DNA of 64,000 bases from Eledone cirrhosa (GCA_964016885.1 OZ024741.1:39494001-39558000), one strand, 5' to 3'. Shown: positions 43,189-59,093, numbered from the stretch's first letter. Made by a program: numbers and translations. Notes: a model not told the origin generated them from the sequence alone.

Positions 43189-44085
43189 TCATAATCTATA
43201 AAGCTCAGTGTGTGGTCATGCTCCTTCGTTATAGAAATCTACGATATAGAATTTCTTCAATTGAAATTTACAATTCAGTACTCGAAATAGTTTCGATTGC
43301 GTCTTGACGCAGATAATTTTTTCAATTTCACCCACAATTACGCAAAAAATAGATAAAACTCAATATTTTACGATTTTTCTCTCTCATTTAAACTGCTGAA
43401 CTCTTTCTACTACCGTTCAAAATCTATACAACTTCATACTTTCTGCTACTTTCTCTTTCCAAGCTTGATGGTGATACTGTCCGTTCACACCACTCCCCAC
43501 TGTCTTAAATTTAGAAAACACATATCCTCTATGAGGTTACTAAACCTGCTAGAAACAGCAGCTAACTCTCCCCCATATCACACCCCTCCCTACTGTCTTA
43601 AATTTAGAAAACATATCTTCTGTGAGGTCACTAAACCTGCTAGAAACAGTAGCTAACTCTCCCCCATATCACACCACTCCCTACTGTCTTAAATTTAGAA
43701 AATACATATCCTCTATGAGGTCACTAAACCTTCTAGAAACAACAGCTAACTCTCCCTCATATCACAACCCTCCCTACTGTCTTAAATTTAGAAAACACAC
43801 AGACAACCATGCAGAACAATTCCATCGCAGCTCTGTTGTTCGGCTGGCATCGTCTACGCGCGTGTTGCGCAAGTACTGTGAAACAATAAATTTCAACACT
43901 TTTTTGCACAGAGATAATATCCATAGGCGAAACTACAATTGTCACTGCTGGCGCAGCTCATGCTTCCAGGTCTGCATTTCATTCACCCAGTGCCTGGCAG
44001 ACAAAAAAGTGCTGCCATAAAATGGGTGGTGCAACCTAACTTTGGTAACTTTATGACCCCGAGCAACGCAGGGCTTTAATGCTAG
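43189..44085 (+). mobile_element. Non-autonomous Helitron (~0.9 kb)
   Basis: 5' TC, 3' CTAG, subterminal hairpin CCCGAGCAACGCAGGG, inserted between A and T with no TSD (empty site read from the opposite palindrome arm). Confidence 0.85.
43490..43800 (+). repeat. 91-93 bp tandem repeat (~3.3 copies) inside the Helitron
   Basis: TGTCTTAAATTTAGAAAA at 43501, 43594, 43685, 43778. Confidence 0.9.
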
Positions 44086-44488
44086 TGTATAATAAAATAA
44101 ATATGGTTTTATAAATATAGTTTCCATTTATTAATATATTGTGTATTTACTCAACTAAACTGTTGAGTGCTTTATATCAGTTATAAAAATGTTTAAGCTT
44201 GTTGAATCCCAACAAATTAAATATAACCTCTGCATATATATATATATACTACATAAAGTGTTAAACTAATATATTTCTCATTCTACTGCATTGATTGCTT
44301 TGTTGTTTGCGTTTACTGTTGGTATACATCTACATCACACACACACAAACACTCACGCACAGACTCACTCCACCCCCACACACACACATACACACAAACA
44401 TATATATATATATATATGTGTATACATGTAAATGCATACTCTCACACACACAAGAAGACGTATACACATACACAAACACTCTCATACA

Positions 44489-44993
<505 letters not shown>

Positions 44994-45121
44994 CTCGACT
45001 CTGTAAAACACTTCAACATTTGCATTGAGCCTTTTGTCATACCGGTAACCGGCTAGTACTTAGTACTACCCTACATATTTATAGTTATATCAAAGATATA
45101 TAAATATAAATATTCTTATTA

Positions 45122-45199
<78 letters not shown>

Positions 45200-45666
45200 A
45201 TAGGTATAGATTATGAAATAAATTCAAATAAATTATGAAACAAATAAATATAATATAGACAGATTGTGGTGCGATCATTACCAAGTAGTCTTCAACCACA
45301 TTGGTTTTTTTAGGCTAGATCGATATTCCAAAAGCCTACACCTGCAAAGGGTATCGTACGTGTTTGAACACAGAAATCACTGTATTATCGATCACATCAT
45401 ATTAATATATCGTCCCAGCAGAATGACTCTGTGGACACAGAGTGACCTACAGTTCACAACCAGCGAAGAAAAATCTTGAGATTCGACAGCTGACTTTCAT
45501 AGGGGGGAAGAGAAGGAGGATATAGAGAGTGAAAGAGAGGGAGGAGGGGTGATTAACTGGGAGAGACAGAGGGGGTGAATTGTATACACATAGACAAGAT
45601 CGTGCTGTTGTCACATCTCATATACGTATATTACATAGACGTATATATGTATCTCTAGCGTTACTT

Positions 45667-45714
<48 letters not shown>

Positions 45715-46091
45715 ATTTATATATATATATATATACACACACACACATATATGTGTATATATATTTATGTATATATATATATTTATTTATGTGTGTGTGC
45801 TTGTATGAATGTATACGTTTGTATATCCGTGTAAGTGTGAGTGAGTATGTATATATGTTTTTTGTGTGGGTGCTTCTTTATGTGTATTTATGTATGAGGT
45901 TGTGTTTGTGTATATATGAAGTATTTTGCTGTTGCGATTCATAAGGCTTCGGCCATGCTGTGGCGTCACCTTAAAGTCGATTATATCGACCCGAGGTAGT
46001 TTTTATAGTCTGGCATATATTGAATCGATCTCTATTTGTCGAACCGCTATATTACGACACATGAAGGGACAACAATGTAAACCCAGACACG

Positions 46092-46124
<33 letters not shown>

Positions 46125-46143
46125 GATATCTATCTCTGTCTCT

Positions 46144-46275
<132 letters not shown>

Positions 46276-46470
46276 AGGGAGAGAGAAAGAAAGAAAACAG
46301 TTGTGATCAGATTTCGTTAGGGGATATTACAAAATATTGGGATTTGAAATCTCCTATAAATCCTATCGGACTAGCATTTCTATACTTGTTCACTTGTAGA
46401 CTTGCGAAACACGTGTCAATTAAATAATAAATGTTTGTCCTTTAACTGTGATGTTGTCATATTCACGTTA

Positions 46471-46571
<101 letters not shown>

Positions 46572-47886
46572 AGAGAGAGAATAATATACGATATGTTTAC
46601 GAATAAACATTTTAAAGCCTTTAACGATATGAATTTTAAAGGTGATTGCTAACGTCATCTACCTTGTACTAGCAGAAGCAATGAAAAGTAAGCGGGAGCT
46701 GTTTCTGGCTGTATGTCGGTATCATGTTTACGGAGATATAGTGACACATTTTAATCTGGACAAATCACACCACAAAATTGTATCCTCCTGAAGAGCATTT
46801 TCCTCTTTATGGGGAAAACAAAACTACTTATAGTAGTAGGAGTAAATTTGAGAGGTTCGGAGTTTGATTCTTCGTAGCGGCTGTTGATCACTTTTTCCGT
46901 CTGTACGGGTATTTTACCCGATTTCTTACGATATCATTTATAACAATCGACTTCGGTTACAGATGTTTTCTACGTTTGATATTCCTACATTTTTAAAGTA
47001 TTTCAACCTACTCAACACTACAATAGTTTACTTTCTAAATGTGCTTTACGTCCAAGCTGTTCGTTAAGCTCTATATTTTGACAGGCGTTGTTGTTAGGGC
47101 CTGTTTAGTATTCAGCCGGAATTTGAGGAGTACAGAGATAAATTCTTCATAACCTTTGCTGGCTAATGTTTTTCTAATTGTCTATGGCAGTGTTTTACTA
47201 GATTTTCTAAGCTATAATTCATGGTAATCAACTATGGTTACACTTGTTTTCTGCGGTTGAGATCTCTACATTTTCTAAGAATATATATATAAATGGCTTC
47301 TATATATTAAATTTAATGTTTTTACTCTACTAATGTATCGAGTACCTTACTTACTGTGGTTACTCCCGATTGAACCCGGGACTCTCTCTCCCCTCTCTCT
47401 CACACACACACACACAAAACACGCAAACACACACACACGCTCACACACACACACACACATACATACATATATATATGTATATACAATTGGTATACACCTA
47501 TTTAAGGTGAGACACACAATGCCAATTTAAGGTGAGAACCCAATGCAGCGTAGCAGTGGCAATAATTTAATCACATATACATGATCGATCGGGACGATTG
47601 GAGAAGGCGTGCTGAATTTTTGCGAGTGTAAAATCGGCCAAAGAAGAAGATATATATATATCTTCTCCAATCGTCGCGGTCGAGCATGACATTTCTCAGT
47701 TCTCATCGATGTTATCAATATTGGCATTTCTCAGCAGGGTATCAATGAATGAGACGGCCTGTCTTCTCACGCTTCTTCGTCCGACCGCTGGTTTCAGAGC
47801 ACCAGTTAATATGTTATCATTCGTCTACAGGCAACATTTTTGTGAGACTGGTGGTAGTGATCTGTATAGTTCCTTATTTGTCAGCC

Positions 47887-47928
<42 letters not shown>

Positions 47929-47931
47929 TCT

Positions 47932-47982
<51 letters not shown>

Positions 47983-49237
47983 CATATAACTTTAACTTTA
48001 ATTGGAATTCGATTAGTATTCCGTATGCAGAAGTGAAATAGTAAACTGATATATAAAACCTATATCAGAGAATGGGTGGTTGGAACTAAAAACCATTGGT
48101 TTGAAATATTCAAGTCTTTAGTTAACTTTTACCAAATATTCAAATAGTTTATATTATTTCATAAGAAGATCAGTGACAAAACTGAATCGGTAGAGCGACG
48201 GATCAAATGACTTTTAGTATTTAGTTACGTCACTTTAGCTGCTGGCTGTGGTTCCTGCTGCGGCTGAGACTGACTTTACCTCCTTTTATAATTCTAGATT
48301 CAATAATATAAATGTACTGGTGTCATTTCAAGCTAATATACATATGGGGCCCCTCCACAATATGTAAACATGCAACAACGTAATAAATCAACGTTAATTA
48401 TTTTTAATGAATTATTAGAGCATCGGGTAAAACGTTTTGCATTTAGAAACGGCGCTATACTACGTGCTGAGTTAAAATGCCATAAAAGTGAAGCTTGGCC
48501 TTCTGTCCTTCTAGTATTGATAAAATACAGAACCAGTGAATTTAATATTTTAATAAAACATCCCAGATACGAATGGAATCATAAGAAATGAGGCGCTTTT
48601 CGATCTGATTTGAAATGCTACCGATGTCAACATTTCATTTACTCCTTTCGCGGTCGATAAAATATAATACCTGTTAAGTACTGGGGTTGATTTATTAACG
48701 AATTGATTAAGGTCTACCCAACCTGCCAATGTATTCCATTGTGCCAATATGAGAAATCCATATCTCGGAAGGATGGAAGGAAAAGTTGATCTTGGCGTGA
48801 TTTGAGTGCAGGGAGTCGGGAACTTTCCACATCAAGCGTGAAATTAGACCACCTCTGCCTGAAACGTAAATAGGGAATTTGAGGCTTAACATCAGTCCAG
48901 ACAGCATTTGAGTGGCAGAACATGCACTCCCTCCCGCCCGACAACATCTACGACCGCCAAGTCTGTCTGCATGAGACAAATAACATAATGAGAGTTGGGA
49001 AAAAGCTCCATGAATCCATGGATCAAAAACTGCATGCCTATATTGCCAGGCGCTCTAAAGTGAGAGAAATATAGATAAGCAAAATAGTCGTGGACCAACA
49101 ACCGCTACTTTGGCTCTCACGTTAAAGGATATAATTTGAAATCCAAGAACAGGAAATAACTACAAAATACCTTATTCACAAAAGAGATAGGGATGCAAGC
49201 AAAACATCTAGATGTGACAACAGATACTCACTTCGCA

Positions 49238-49373
<136 letters not shown>

Positions 49374-49569
49374 AACAAACGCACACAAACAAACACATAC
49401 AGACATACATGCGTATTTACCTAGTTGAAGTTGTCTAAAGTTTAATGGAGGAGTCTTGTATCTATGTTAGAAGCCGGCTCTCCCCCTCTCTTTCTATTGG
49501 TGAAAATTTGGAAAATAAAAAGATCAGAAGAACACATAATACTTGCATACATACATGTACACATACATA

Positions 49570-50148
49570 CAGAGAAGATATAATGATATGGGACGGGGAG
49601 AAGAAGACATGCACAGTAGTGGAAGTTAGCTGCCCACCAGATGCAAATATAATATTAAAGATTAGCGAAAAGGAGAATATCTATGCAGAACTAATGAGAA
49701 ATCTGCAGATGCTTCACCCTGATTATACCTTCAGATTTATACCTATGATTATTGGGGCACTGGGGTATGTCAGTAACTGCCTCAGTACAAATCTTGAGAA
49801 GCTGAGCTTTACAGAAACAGAAAGAATACGACTAATTAGGAAATTACAAGTACAATCCATTAATGGAACAGTAAAAATATGTAAAACATTCTAAAAATTC
49901 TGCATCTAATAACTCCGTGTACACAAGTACATATACAAAGCATATGTACATGCACACATATAAAGCATACACCTCCACACATACAATTACATCCATACCT
50001 GCACACACAAGCATGCATGCAAACATGCATACATATTTACCTAGTTGATGTTGTTTAAATGAGAGAATGTTGTATCTTTGTTAGAAACCCACTCTCTCTC
50101 TATTGGTAAAAATTTATAAAATTGTAAAACCAGAACATACATACATAA
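49570..50148 (+). mobile_element. 3' fragment of a second RLE-type (R4/Dong-like) LINE with (CATA)n tail
   Basis: DIMIWD..VVEVSCP..EKENIYAEL..IPMIIGALG..GTVKICKTF* ending at 49894, then 3' UTR. Confidence 0.8.
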
Positions 50149-51462
50149 AATGGCTGCCCCCTCGTTATCGAGTATGGCCATTGCACGATATAACGTTATT
50201 AATAATTATCAATCAATGCCTGTGCGTGAAGATTTTTTTAAAACTGAGGAAAGACTGTGCACTGAGCCAATCCCACTCTCTGAGCGACAGTAGCTATAAC
50301 CCGAAAAGAAGAAAAGATCAACATCATCGATAACTACTGAGCCGCAGGTTTTATGTCGGAGTTATATCAGTTTCCTGAGTTGCCTTCTCCTAGAAGAATG
50401 CCCTGACAAAGGCTAGGGGTCCTTCACTCCCAGTGGTTCAACCACGCAATCGGGTATCCATCCCGACTATTTATATGTCCCTTAGCGTATACATACACAT
50501 ACACCCATGTATAGACATACATATGTAATGTGTATATACATATTTACACACTTTTGGATGGCCGTTGACTCTTCTGAGTTCTTCCGACCTTTATCAGGTT
50601 TTGTTTTTTGTTCTGCAGAGTATCCAAAATCACCCTCCTCACCAAGTAAACTAGGCGGGGTTGCCGATTTAGTCGCCGACGACCCGAATATGCGACAAGT
50701 TGTACTGGGTTACATGTTACCAGTAGCACCCAAGAGTGATCCGACATAACATACATACATACTTACATACATACACTACTGTAAATCGTACCTAGTCTGC
50801 TTCGACGATGATTATACCGCTTAGTGAATCAACTGAAATATGATTTCATTGAACTATACTGTAGGTGGCAGAGAGTATTCCACTAACACTAACTAACGTG
50901 ATGCAGTGTGTGGCAAGGGAGACTGTTTCAATTAAGGTCCTTCACACAGCTTCCTTCTGCCCGATTACACATACAAGCGTTGGTTCGATATGAAGCGAAC
51001 TTCTTAACCACTCGACCATGACGTCACACAAAAACACAGACAAACATAGATCGCTGCATACATACACACATACACATGCATACATACAAATGCATACATA
51101 CATACATAATTACATACTCATAAACCCACACATACGTTCGTACAAATATGCATACATACACATACATACATACTCATATTCTCACATATACATTCATACA
51201 TATATGCATACTTACAAATAAACAGAGAAATGCACATGCATAAACATATCTATATATACATACATATACACATACATACAGATATACTTACACGCATATA
51301 TACACATACATACATACACACACATATATATATATACAAACATACATACATACATACATACACATCTAAAAACTAACATACATAGATATATACACACACA
51401 CAAACATACATACATACATACATACATACATACATACATACATACATACATACATACATACA

Positions 51463-51495
<33 letters not shown>

Positions 51496-52357
51496 GAAGT
51501 GTCTGCTATGTAATTAATTTAACTGAAAAATATTTCAGCTGAGAAAAAAAAAATGAAAAACGAAATAAAATATGAAACCAAAACAAATAAAACAAATAAA
51601 ACAAACACACAAAAAACTGAAAATAAATTAAAAATAAAATTAAATTAAAAATGAAATGTATTTAAAATAAAATATATAAATACATAAATAAGTATATAAA
51701 ATTAATGAAATTTCTCTTAATTATTACTTGATATAAAATATATTTAATCAATCTTCAATTCCAAGTGAAAGTTATGGTGGGTGACGGGGAAGGTGGTGGG
51801 TGGGAAAGAAAACTAATCTTGGAGGGTAAGAGAGGGAGAGTAAGAAAGAAGTATAGGGAAAGAGTAAGGTAGAGAGAGTGAGAAAGAGAGGTGTGGGGGG
51901 GGGGGGAGAAATGATTGAGAGAGAAGTAACACAGAGAAACATGAAACTGTCTGCCGAGATTTACAGAAATGTTTAGATAAAGTGTAAATATCTCAGCCCA
52001 CACACACGCACATACATACATACACACATACACACATACATAGATACATACACACATGCATACTTACATACATACACGTACATACATACATATACGTACA
52101 CATATACATACACACATACACACATACATACTTACATACATACACGTACATACATACATACATATACGTACACATATACATACACACATACACACACACA
52201 TACATACATACACATGCATACATATATATATATATACATACATACATACGTAAATACATACATATGTGTACACACACACAAACCTATATATATATATATA
52301 TATGTATGTAGTTGACGGTTAAAAGAAAGAGTTCTCAATATGGAAGTAGATCTTCAA

Positions 52358-52490
52358 TGTTCATTTCATTAAAGCTAAATAATGAGTCTTTTACTCTGGT
52401 GTTTCGCCTGCTTCTCAGATGAGAAGCAAGCGAAACTCCAGAGTAACAAGGATAACTATTTAGTCTTAATAAAATGAATAAATATGAATA
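52358..52490. mobile_element. Fold-back terminus with hammerhead-like motif
   Basis: TTACTCTGGTGTTTCGCCTGCTTCTCA / TGAGAAGCAAGCGAAACTCCAGAGTAA; (CA)GATGA..GAAA-CTC CA GAG-TA. Confidence 0.55.
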
Positions 52491-52507
52491 TATATATATA
52501 TATATAT

Positions 52508-53050
<543 letters not shown>

Positions 53051-53907
53051 TGGTGTGTGTGTATATATATATATATATTGGGAAAAAAGATGAAATCGAA
53101 AATGCAACTGGAGTCTTTTTTTTTTTTAATATATTTATTTGGTTCCTTTACCGGTTTCGCAGTTCTTGTGCTTTTCAAATGTAGAATTGAGATGGAGGGT
53201 TTGTGGTTTTTCTCACATCTGGTTGTTGTTCGAATGATACTTCTATTTTATATGGAAAAAAAGTGGCTCGAATTGCTAGGTTTTTAGAGAAGTAATTTGG
53301 TTGGTTGATGACTGTCATGTGAATAAGTATAATAAATTTCGCGTCAGTTCGCGTTACAAAGTTCTTATTATATTTGCCTTCAACAAAAGGGGGGGGGGGG
53401 GACTCAGATTGTTTTTTCATATATGAGTGAAGTTTGGTTGGTTGATGCAGTCACGTGAATAGGCATATCAGCTTTCGCGCCAGTTTGTGTTTGAATTTCT
53501 TTATATATGTATATATATGTATATATATGTATATATATTTTAGTCCCATAAAACCGGCTGCTATTTTTAGCGACACGAGTATGGGACGGGCTAGACGCTG
53601 GGACACATGTGCGTTCAACAACACATTTCTCTCAGCCTTCTTAAGTATTTTGAAGTGAAACTGGATACCTGCAGAAGAGCACAGGAATAGGAAATTTCAC
53701 TTAATTGTTGCGAAACAAATTTAAAATTTGTCCAGGTATCACGGCTGTTGCCAATATAGGTTTGTTTTTATTGATTTATTATTTTAAATCGAGACAGGCA
53801 AACCGTATTATTTTAATTAGTATTTTTCATTCTAGCTAACTTGGTCATTTGCAATGCAAACACATGTATACTTGTATCAGTGTTTATCCCTATCATATAT
53901 TCATTTG

Positions 53908-53943
<36 letters not shown>

Positions 53944-54274
53944 GATGAAGTGAAGTTTTGTTGCATGGTGGATTGAAAAACCGTTGAGGTGAATCGATAA
54001 TTTGAAGACGCAGAAGTGTCTTGAACTCAAAATTCTTCTTCAATATAGTAACGTTTGATATTCAGAATTCAAATCCTGTGTAATTCAAACGTTTATATTC
54101 GATTCCCGTATAATAGGTCGATTAGATTTCGATATGCTTTCAATTGCTTTCAGAGTATAAGAATCATAACCAAACAATGGTTTAAATTGCAAGTTTCCAA
54201 TGATATTTGCTTCATATAATATGTGATGATCTTTTGTTTCCTTATACCCTGGTGATGTGAAGATGGCTGGCTTT

Positions 54275-54580
54275 GTAGTAGGATATTCGGCTCACAATCG
54301 TAAGTTCGTGAGTTCAATTCTAAGCGGTGCGTTGTGTCCTTGAGCAAGACACTTTATTTCACGTTGCTCCAGTCCAGTCAGCTGGTAAAAATGAGTTGTG
54401 CCTGTAATTCGAAAGGTCAGCCTTGTCACATTCTGTGTCATGGTGAATCTCCCTGAGAATCACGGTACGGGTACGCGTGTTTGTGGAATGCTCAGCCACT
54501 GGTACATTAATTTCACAAACAGGTTGTTCCGTTGATCGGATCAACTGAAGCACTCGTCGTCGTAACCGACGAAGTCCCCG
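54275..54580 (+). mobile_element. CORE-type tRNA-derived SINE (family B)
   Basis: GAGTTCAATTC B-box-like; GTTGTGTCCTTGAGCAAGACACTTTA CORE-like domain. Confidence 0.75.
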
Positions 54581-55494
54581 TTTTATCCTAGTGTCATTTT
54601 GTTTCTTATTTGAGTTATACATTTAAGACAGTAAATGTTTCCCAAATATTTCACATTCAACTAAATTAAATAGTAGAAGTTATGGAATTCTATCTCTTTC
54701 TACGTTCTATACTACTCTGCAATGGTGTTGGAAATTTCGCTTTTGCTGATACCCATGTTATTTGAATTCCATGGAGATCAGAGCATTTCTTGATAATGTC
54801 AAACCATCTACAATAAGTAACAACATGTGAGCGACTACTTCGGTTATTTCTTGTTCAATTGATTAATTAAATCGAACGAAATTTGCAGAATAATAGCTTG
54901 AGAGAGAGAAAGAGAGAGAGAAGGAGGGGGAGAGAGAGGGACAGAGAGAGAGGGGGGTATGAGAGGCTATGTGACATATCAGCCACCCAAACGTTTACAT
55001 TTAACATATTCTTCATATTTTCGATTTTGTGTGTGTGTGTAGATGTGTGTGCATGTGTGTATGTATGTGTGTGTGTGTGTGTTCCTAGATGTATGTCTGA
55101 GTTTATGTGTGTGTGGGGTCTGTGTGAGTATGTGTGTGTGGGTCTGTGTGTGTATGTGTGTGTGCCTGTCGGTTGAGAAGCAATGCGTTCATTGAATTTT
55201 GTATGGCAATTTTTATTTTATCAAATTAATTAATTCTGGTTTGGGAAGTTGACAGTGAAAATATCAAGGATTCTGGAACAATATTTTTCTTTACTTTTTT
55301 CCTAAAATTTAGTTTGGCTGCTAATGACTTTGCACGTGACATGTTGAGATAGCAACAGTACTAAATTGATTTTATTTCATTTAGTTATAAATACGGTACC
55401 ATGAGAAATTACAAAGTTGCTATGATACAGGTAGAAAACCAATTTTCCGAGTACTATGGTTTCAGATATGGGCGAGATTATCCGTTTAACAGCG

Positions 55495-56370
55495 CTATAT
55501 AATGGTTTCTGATTTAAACACAAGACCAACAATTTTGGGCGAAAGGGAAAGTCGATTAAATTGACCCTAGTTTATTACTGGTACTTTATTTTATTGACTT
55601 CGTAAGGATGAAATGCAAAGCTAAGCTTGGCGGGATTTGAACTCAGAACGTAAATGGCCATATCTCTATACCGCGAAGCATATTGTCTTACGCTGTACCG
55701 ATTCTGTTAATCCACCGCAATTAACAGGGCTATATAATAGTTTCTTATATTGGCACGTAGCCAGCAATTTTTGGGGAGAGGAAAGTCGATTAAATCGATC
55801 CCAGTGCGTGACTTGTACTTTATTTTATCGACCCCGTAAGGATGAAAGGCAAAGTTAACCTCTGCGGGATTTAAACTTAGATCATAAAGGGCCGTAACTC
55901 TATGCTGCAAAGTATGGCGTCTCACGCTCTACCGATACTGCCAACCCAGAGTGCTATATAATAATCGTTTCTACATTTGGCACAAGGCCAGCAATTATCT
56001 CAGTGCTTTACTGGTACTTTATTTTATCGACCCCGTAAGGATGAAAGGCAAAGTTAACCTCGGCGGGATTTGAACTCAGATCGTTAAGGGAGGTAACTCT
56101 ATGCTTCAAATCATCGCGTCCGACCCTCTACCGATACTGCCAAATTCGCTAGAAACATAATCCAACGTGGGAATCACTTTCCTTACTCTAAAACTATAAC
56201 GATCGTTTTGAATGCAAGGAGAAGGGCAGGCGGTAATTTGGAGGATGTGTCGATTATATGAACCCTAATACTTTACTTTTTCGACCCTGGAAGGATGACA
56301 GGCAAAGTTGACCTCAGCGACATTTGAACTCAGAACATAACCAGCCAGAAAAATATTGCATAGCATTGAA
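55495..56370 (-). mobile_element. Head-to-tail cluster of about four family A-related SINEs
   Basis: AAGGATGAAAGGCAAAGTTAACCTC..ATTTGAACTCAG-like segment recurs at ~55605, 55838, 56037, 56291. Confidence 0.8.
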
Positions 56371-56556
56371 CAATTTAACCACGAAAGCGGAAATAGTTAA
56401 AATAAAAAGATATGTCATTCGTTTAACTCATACAATGAATTTATTAGTTTGGCGGTTCGCGAAATTGGGCGTTATTGTTAGGGCGAACCATGACTGAGAT
56501 GGTTCGCCCAAACAATAATACCGAATTTCTCGAGTCATCTCAGCATCAATTATACG

Positions 56557-56660
56557 CGCCGAGGTTAACTTTGCCTTTCATCCTTACGGGGTCGATAAAA
56601 TAAAATACCAGTAATGCACTGTATAATTGCTGGCCTTGTGCCTAACGTAGAAACAATTAA
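56557..56660 (+). mobile_element. SINE family A, 5'-truncated
   Basis: Matches central domain and tail. Confidence 0.8.
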
Positions 56661-56769
56661 TGAATTAATTATGCAATCATCACCTGACGATGAAACCACG
56701 CCCATGCGTCATAATCCGATGATGTAATTTTTTATTTTTTTTTTTTTATATTTCGAATACATAATTTAA

Positions 56770-56900
56770 TCCGTATGGTGAGCAAATGGGCTCCCACGTG
56801 CTGGCCTCCCCACAGCCCCGGCGGACGGAATGGAAAAGGCGTTTCCCCAAAGGGTGGTAAGGGAGATGCGCTGGAAGAGCCATTCCAACTCGAAACTAGT
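56770..56900 (-). mobile_element. CRE-like C-terminal remnant
   Basis: ELEWLFQRISLTTLWGNAFSI. Confidence 0.65.
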
Positions 56901-57221
56901 AAGCTTGAAACTAGTACAGCGTTCCTTTGTCAGTGTTGAACAAATGAGCAACGATGGTTGCTAGACACTACGGCTTGATTCGGGATGTTTGTTTACAAAC
57001 ACACCGAGCATTATAATAAATGTTCGGTGAATCCATACGTACATATATATATATGTGCATGTATGTATATATATATACATACTACTGTACGTCTGTATAC
57101 ATATATGTATGTACGTATACATACTGATATATATATATATATATATATATAAAACGAAAGGAGCTGTGTGGTTACTAAAAACAAGGTTTAAGATGGTGGT
57201 TAGGACGGAACAGGAGGAGAA

Positions 57222-57328
<107 letters not shown>

Positions 57329-57690
57329 ATTCCAACGTATACACAAGAGATCGGGCAGGGAGATAGGAAAATATATATCTATATAAATACATAAATAACT
57401 CGAACAGAATTTACTTAAGATTTTTTTCTTGGTTCTGACTTAATCAAACCACCTTTCACTTCTAATCATCTCCATCCTTCTCATCTCTTGAAATCTTCTC
57501 ACAAATATCTACGCCGCCTCCCCCAATCTTCACACCTCCCCCAATCTTCTATTTTTTGTCACTTTGTTCCTCCATTCTTCCTTCCTTCCCCTCGTCTTTC
57601 AATTTTTTGTACATGTTTATACGTTTTCATTTATGTCTGTATATATATGTGTGTGTGTGGCTGTGTATATGTACATGAAAATATATATAC

Positions 57691-57746
<56 letters not shown>

Positions 57747-57817
57747 ATATATATATATTTGTATATATATATATTTGTATATATATTTATATACATATAT
57801 ATATATTTATATACATT

Positions 57818-57895
<78 letters not shown>

Positions 57896-58462
57896 TCATT
57901 TATATATTTATACGTACATATACACAGCCAAACACACATATATATATATATTAATATATGTGCGTGTGTGTGTGTGCGTGTGACATGTGGTGTGTGCGAA
58001 TGGTGTGTGGTTTGTGTATATATATATATGTGTGTGTGTCAGTGTGTGTGTATGTGTGTGTGTGTGTGTGTGTGTGAGTCTGTGTGTGTGAGTATACTTG
58101 TTTTTATTTTATTCCTATATACATATATATTTCTATTTCTATTTCTATATGTTCTTCTTGTGATTGCTTTCACTGTCTGTTTAATCTATACAACGTTCTG
58201 TTCGTTCGTTCCCAGATGATTCGGTCACGCTAAATAGATTTATCCCGTTGTTGCTTACACATCGGTAACGATGATACAACAACAATAGAAACAACAAACG
58301 CTGAGGGCACGCGGGCACACACTAACACGCACACGCACACGCTACACACATACACACACATACACACACGCACATACAAACACACACATATATATATACA
58401 TATATACATATACAGTATACATATTTATTTATTTACATACACACATATGATGTATGTTTGTG

Positions 58463-58499
<37 letters not shown>

Positions 58500-58566
58500 A
58501 TATATATATACAAATATATAAACTTATATACATACATATATATTTACATACATACATATGTATGGT

Positions 58567-58663
<97 letters not shown>

Positions 58664-58701
58664 TTGCGAGGTTTTTTATATGAAATCGTGTGTCGAAACA
58701 A

Positions 58702-58836
58702 ATATTGTTATACTTGGGGAGGGTCATATTTGTGTAATATTGGCAGAATTAGGATTAATAACAGAACACACTCACAGTGAGTGTGTTCTGTTATTAATTC
58801 TGGCAATATTACACAAATATGACCCTCCCCAAGTAT

Positions 58837-58844
<8 letters not shown>
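58702..58844. repeat. TA-embedded hairpin (~65-70 bp arms)
   Basis: Centre CACTCAC-A-GTGAGTG; outer arms ATATTGTTATACTTGGGGAGGGTCATATTTGTGTAATATTG. Confidence 0.85.
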
Positions 58845-58908
<64 letters not shown>

Positions 58909-59050
58909 CTGTGTGTGTATGTATAGAGAAGGAGATATATAAACAGTTTCAACCATATACATATTGATATACATGCTTACACACTCAGACATGCAGAGAC
59001 ATGTTATACTAAAATTCAAATACACCCACTTACATAATAAATATATACAC

Positions 59051-59093
<43 letters not shown>

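Larger units (their letters stand above)
42891..44140. repeat. Palindromic hammerhead-bearing terminus whose right arm is split by a Helitron
   Basis: Left arm 42891-43063; right arm 43072-43188 plus 44086-44140; core ATGATGA..GAAATA|TGTATA-ATAAAATA. Confidence 0.85.

Noticed and set aside
43490-43800. CRISPR-like regularly spaced repeats
   Set aside because: The 'spacers' are themselves repeated, the context is eukaryotic and there are no cas genes; it is a tandem repeat in a Helitron
50598-50750. Strong-looking splice acceptor TTTTGTTTTTTGTTCTGCAG followed by an open frame
   Set aside because: Runs into (CATA)n and looks like a retroelement UTR fragment; no supporting gene structure
56684-56700. 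CTGACGATGAAAC as an ultra-minimal hammerhead
   Set aside because: No stem II, no stem I/III pairing, not in a TA island; likely chance
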